A stretch of 64,000 nt of DNA from Cyanobacteriota bacterium (GTDB lineage: Bacteria; Cyanobacteriota; Cyanobacteriia; Cyanobacteriales; Nostocaceae), in the NCBI GenBank assembly GCA_046045965.1, contig JBJOKS010000015.1, positions 32,001 to 96,000 on the forward strand, read 5' to 3'. The first letter of the stretch is position 1. Each line of letters opens with the position of its first letter. Below the pieces are notes generated by a model. It had not been told where the DNA came from. It did not search any database and was given only the letters and a program-made list of their open reading frames with translations. Of the stretch, positions 61,660-64,000 are shown piece by piece. A program made the position numbers and the translations under genes.

Positions 61660-62886
61660 ATGAAAAGACGTGATTTCCTGATTCAAACTGGACTATTTTC
61701 CACTTCATTGATTACCACTATTGGTACTAATGCTTGGGTTGCTCATTCAGCTACTCCCAACAGCAACCCAAAACGCTTAATTGTCATATTTATGAGAGGA
61801 GGAGTAGATGGTTTAAACATCGTTGTTCCCTATTCAGAAACAGCCTACTACCAAGCTAGACCAAAAATAGCAATTCCCCAACCTGGTAAAGAAGGAGGAG
61901 TGATAGATTTAGATGGTCGCTTTGGATTACATCCCGTACTATCTCCCTTAATACCTTTTTGGCAAAAACGCAATTTAGCATTTGTTCATGCTTGCGGTTT
62001 AACTGACTCAACTCGTTCCCACTTTGATGCTCAAAAATATATGGAAAGTGGGACTCCCGGTAACAATAGGACTAGAGATGGTTGGATGAATCGTTTACTA
62101 GGAGTGATCGCGAAAAAAAACCCTGTGCAAGCAGTGACTGTAGGACAAAACACACCTGGGATTTTGTATGGTCAAATGCCCATAGCCAATTTACCATCAG
62201 GTCCAAATGCTAAACAACGGCTGCTGCTAGATCGTCCTCAAGTCACAACAGCATTTAATCAACTTTACAGTGGAGAAGATAGCCTCAGTCAAACTTATCG
62301 TCAGGGAAGAATGGCACGTGAAGCTATCATGAAAGACTTGGATCAGGAAATGATCATGGCTAACAATGGAGCGCCTTTACCTGATAGTTTTTCCAGGGAT
62401 GCGAGTAGATTAGCACAACTAATGGCTAGAGATTCCAGAATTGAATTAGGATTTATGGCTTTAGGTGGTTGGGATACTCATGCTAATCAAGGTAGTAGTA
62501 AAGGAATATTAGCTAATAATTTAGGCAAATTGGGTAAAGGTTTAGCTACTTTAGTGCAAGGCTTGGGCAATGTTTATCAAAATACTACCATTGTTGTGAT
62601 GTCTGAATTTGGTCGCACCGTGCGGCAAAATAATAACGGTGGTACAGATCATGGACATGGTAACGTTGTTTGGGTTTTGGGTGGTAATGTTAAAGGCGGC
62701 AAAGTTTATGGAGAATGGCCTGGTTTATCACCATCTCAACTTTATGAAAAACGAGATTTAGACATCTCTACAGATTTTCGTGATGTGATTTCTACAGTGT
62801 TGCAACGTCATCTGAATTTAAATACCAGCCAACTCAATCAAATCTTACCCAATTACAAACCTACTCAAAAAATAGCATTACTTTAA
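61660..62886 (+). CDS. DUF1501 family protein (Tat signal)
   Basis: KRRDFL Tat motif; RGGVDGLN, RSHFDAQ, GGWDTH, SEFGRT and GTDHG motifs. Confidence 0.9.
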   Translation: MKRRDFLIQTGLFSTSLITTIGTNAWVAHSATPNSNPKRLIVIFMRGGVDGLNIVVPYSETAYYQARPKIAIPQPGKEGGVIDLDGRFGLHPVLSPLIPFWQKRNLAFVHACGLTDSTRSHFDAQKYMESGTPGNNRTRDGWMNRLLGVIAKKNPVQAVTVGQNTPGILYGQMPIANLPSGPNAKQRLLLDRPQVTTAFNQLYSGEDSLSQTYRQGRMAREAIMKDLDQEMIMANNGAPLPDSFSRDASRLAQLMARDSRIELGFMALGGWDTHANQGSSKGILANNLGKLGKGLATLVQGLGNVYQNTTIVVMSEFGRTVRQNNNGGTDHGHGNVVWVLGGNVKGGKVYGEWPGLSPSQLYEKRDLDISTDFRDVISTVLQRHLNLNTSQLNQILPNYKPTQKIALL

Positions 62887-63044
62887 CAGTTATCAGTTGT
62901 AGGGGTTTAATGATCAGCCTCTCTTCTGTTCAGTGAATTTAAAACCAGGTGGAAATTAGCGTAAATCAAAGATTTTTGCTACAATGATTTACATAAGTTA
63001 ATATTCATTGTCCCCCTTGGGCGAATATCTGAGCAAAAACCCCT

Positions 63045-64000
63045 ATGAAGACAGTTCTTAAATCAGAACAAAAGCAAATCAATAGATTATTTTCTCACCT
63101 GGAATTTGATGGTAATAAATTAAATCATCAACCAGGTAGCGTCTTAGGAAGCACTGCTTTGATTGCTGGAACTACCATTGGGGCTGGTATTCTTGCCCTA
63201 CCTGCGGTGACTTTACCATCTGGTATTTTACCATCTACAATTGTCATCATTGCCGTTTGGTTATACACATTATTTTCCGGTTTGTTAATTGCAGAAGTTA
63301 GTTTAAATGTTATGGGTGCAGAAGGCATTCCCAGTATAGGTTTTCTGGCAATTGTAGAAAAAACATTGGGTAAAGTGGGAGCGAGAATTGCAGGTGCTAC
63401 ATATTTGTTTATGCACTACGCTCTTTTAGTAGCATATATCAGCAAAGGTGGAGATATTTTAGTATCGGCATTAACTAAAATTTCTGGGTTAGACAATATA
63501 TTAATCTTACCTAATTGGGTAGGAACAACAAGTTTTACACTGTTATTTGGGGGGATTTTGTATTTAGGAAAAGAAAGATTTATTCAGAAATTAAATAGTG
63601 CCTTTGTGGCAATTGTCATTACTTCTTTTCTAGGATTATTATTGTTAGGATCAGGACAAGTAAAAAGCGAACAATTACTATTTCAAAATTGGAATGCTGT
63701 TGGTAGTGCAGTTTCTGTGATATGTGTAGCTCTTTTCTATCATAATGTCGTGCCTGTAGTGGTGACACAACTAGAAGGAGATATATCGAAAATTAGAAAA
63801 TCAATTATCATTGGTTCGGGAATTCCCCTGATCATGTTCTTGGCTTGGAATGCTGTTATTTTAGGCAGCGTTAGTTCTGATATGCTACAGAATACTTCAC
63901 AAATTAGTAATGTTTTTGATCCCTTACAAATTCTGCGTTCAGGTGGAGCAGGAGAATTATTAGGATTAGTATTAACTATTTTTTCAGAGTTTGCAATTAT
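63045..64000 (+). CDS. Aromatic amino acid permease (TyrP/Mtr family), runs off the window end
   Basis: Manual translation MKTVLKSEQ...GSVLGSTALIAGTTIGAGILALP followed by multiple TM segments. Confidence 0.85.
   Translation, partial: MKTVLKSEQKQINRLFSHLEFDGNKLNHQPGSVLGSTALIAGTTIGAGILALPAVTLPSGILPSTIVIIAVWLYTLFSGLLIAEVSLNVMGAEGIPSIGFLAIVEKTLGKVGARIAGATYLFMHYALLVAYISKGGDILVSALTKISGLDNILILPNWVGTTSFTLLFGGILYLGKERFIQKLNSAFVAIVITSFLGLLLLGSGQVKSEQLLFQNWNAVGSAVSVICVALFYHNVVPVVVTQLEGDISKIRKSIIIGSGIPLIMFLAWNAVILGSVSSDMLQNTSQISNVFDPLQILRSGGAGELLGLVLTIFSEFAI

Overview
AT-rich chromosomal DNA from a filamentous cyanobacterium, probably Nostocales: it has many HIP1 GCGATCGC octamers, STRR heptamer tracts and small dispersed repeats. 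In order, the window holds a partial DUF5131 gene, an FAD monooxygenase, and a Shango-like anti-phage trio (TerB_C / DUF2791 ATPase / Lhr helicase) split by a Ser/Thr kinase. Next come a DUF815 ATPase, a truncated TMEM14 gene, a TnpB-only IS200/IS605 element and an orphan phosphotransferase + HopA1 pair. These are followed by the phylloquinone genes menI/E/C/A/F, an RnfD-like + DUF2330 pair, polysaccharide transferases and cobU. A double-glycine peptide export cluster follows (two duplicated CTB-type precursors, a third precursor, a C39 ABC transporter, HlyD and an atypical two-component trio). The rest comprises rnz, an RTX protein with a lysozyme-like head, a Wzc-like gene, SpoIID, tRNA-Gln, a GUN4 kinase, Omp85, a two-component cluster, Spy-DUF1800-DUF1501 and a partial aromatic amino acid permease. 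The most striking observation is a small, very basic ORF (46135-46377, minus strand) with a KGRGGS motif and a textbook intrinsic terminator inside the reading frame, upstream of the stop. That is the nonstop-mRNA architecture of ArfA/BrfA-type ribosome rescue factors. All family assignments come from motif recognition only; no searches were run.
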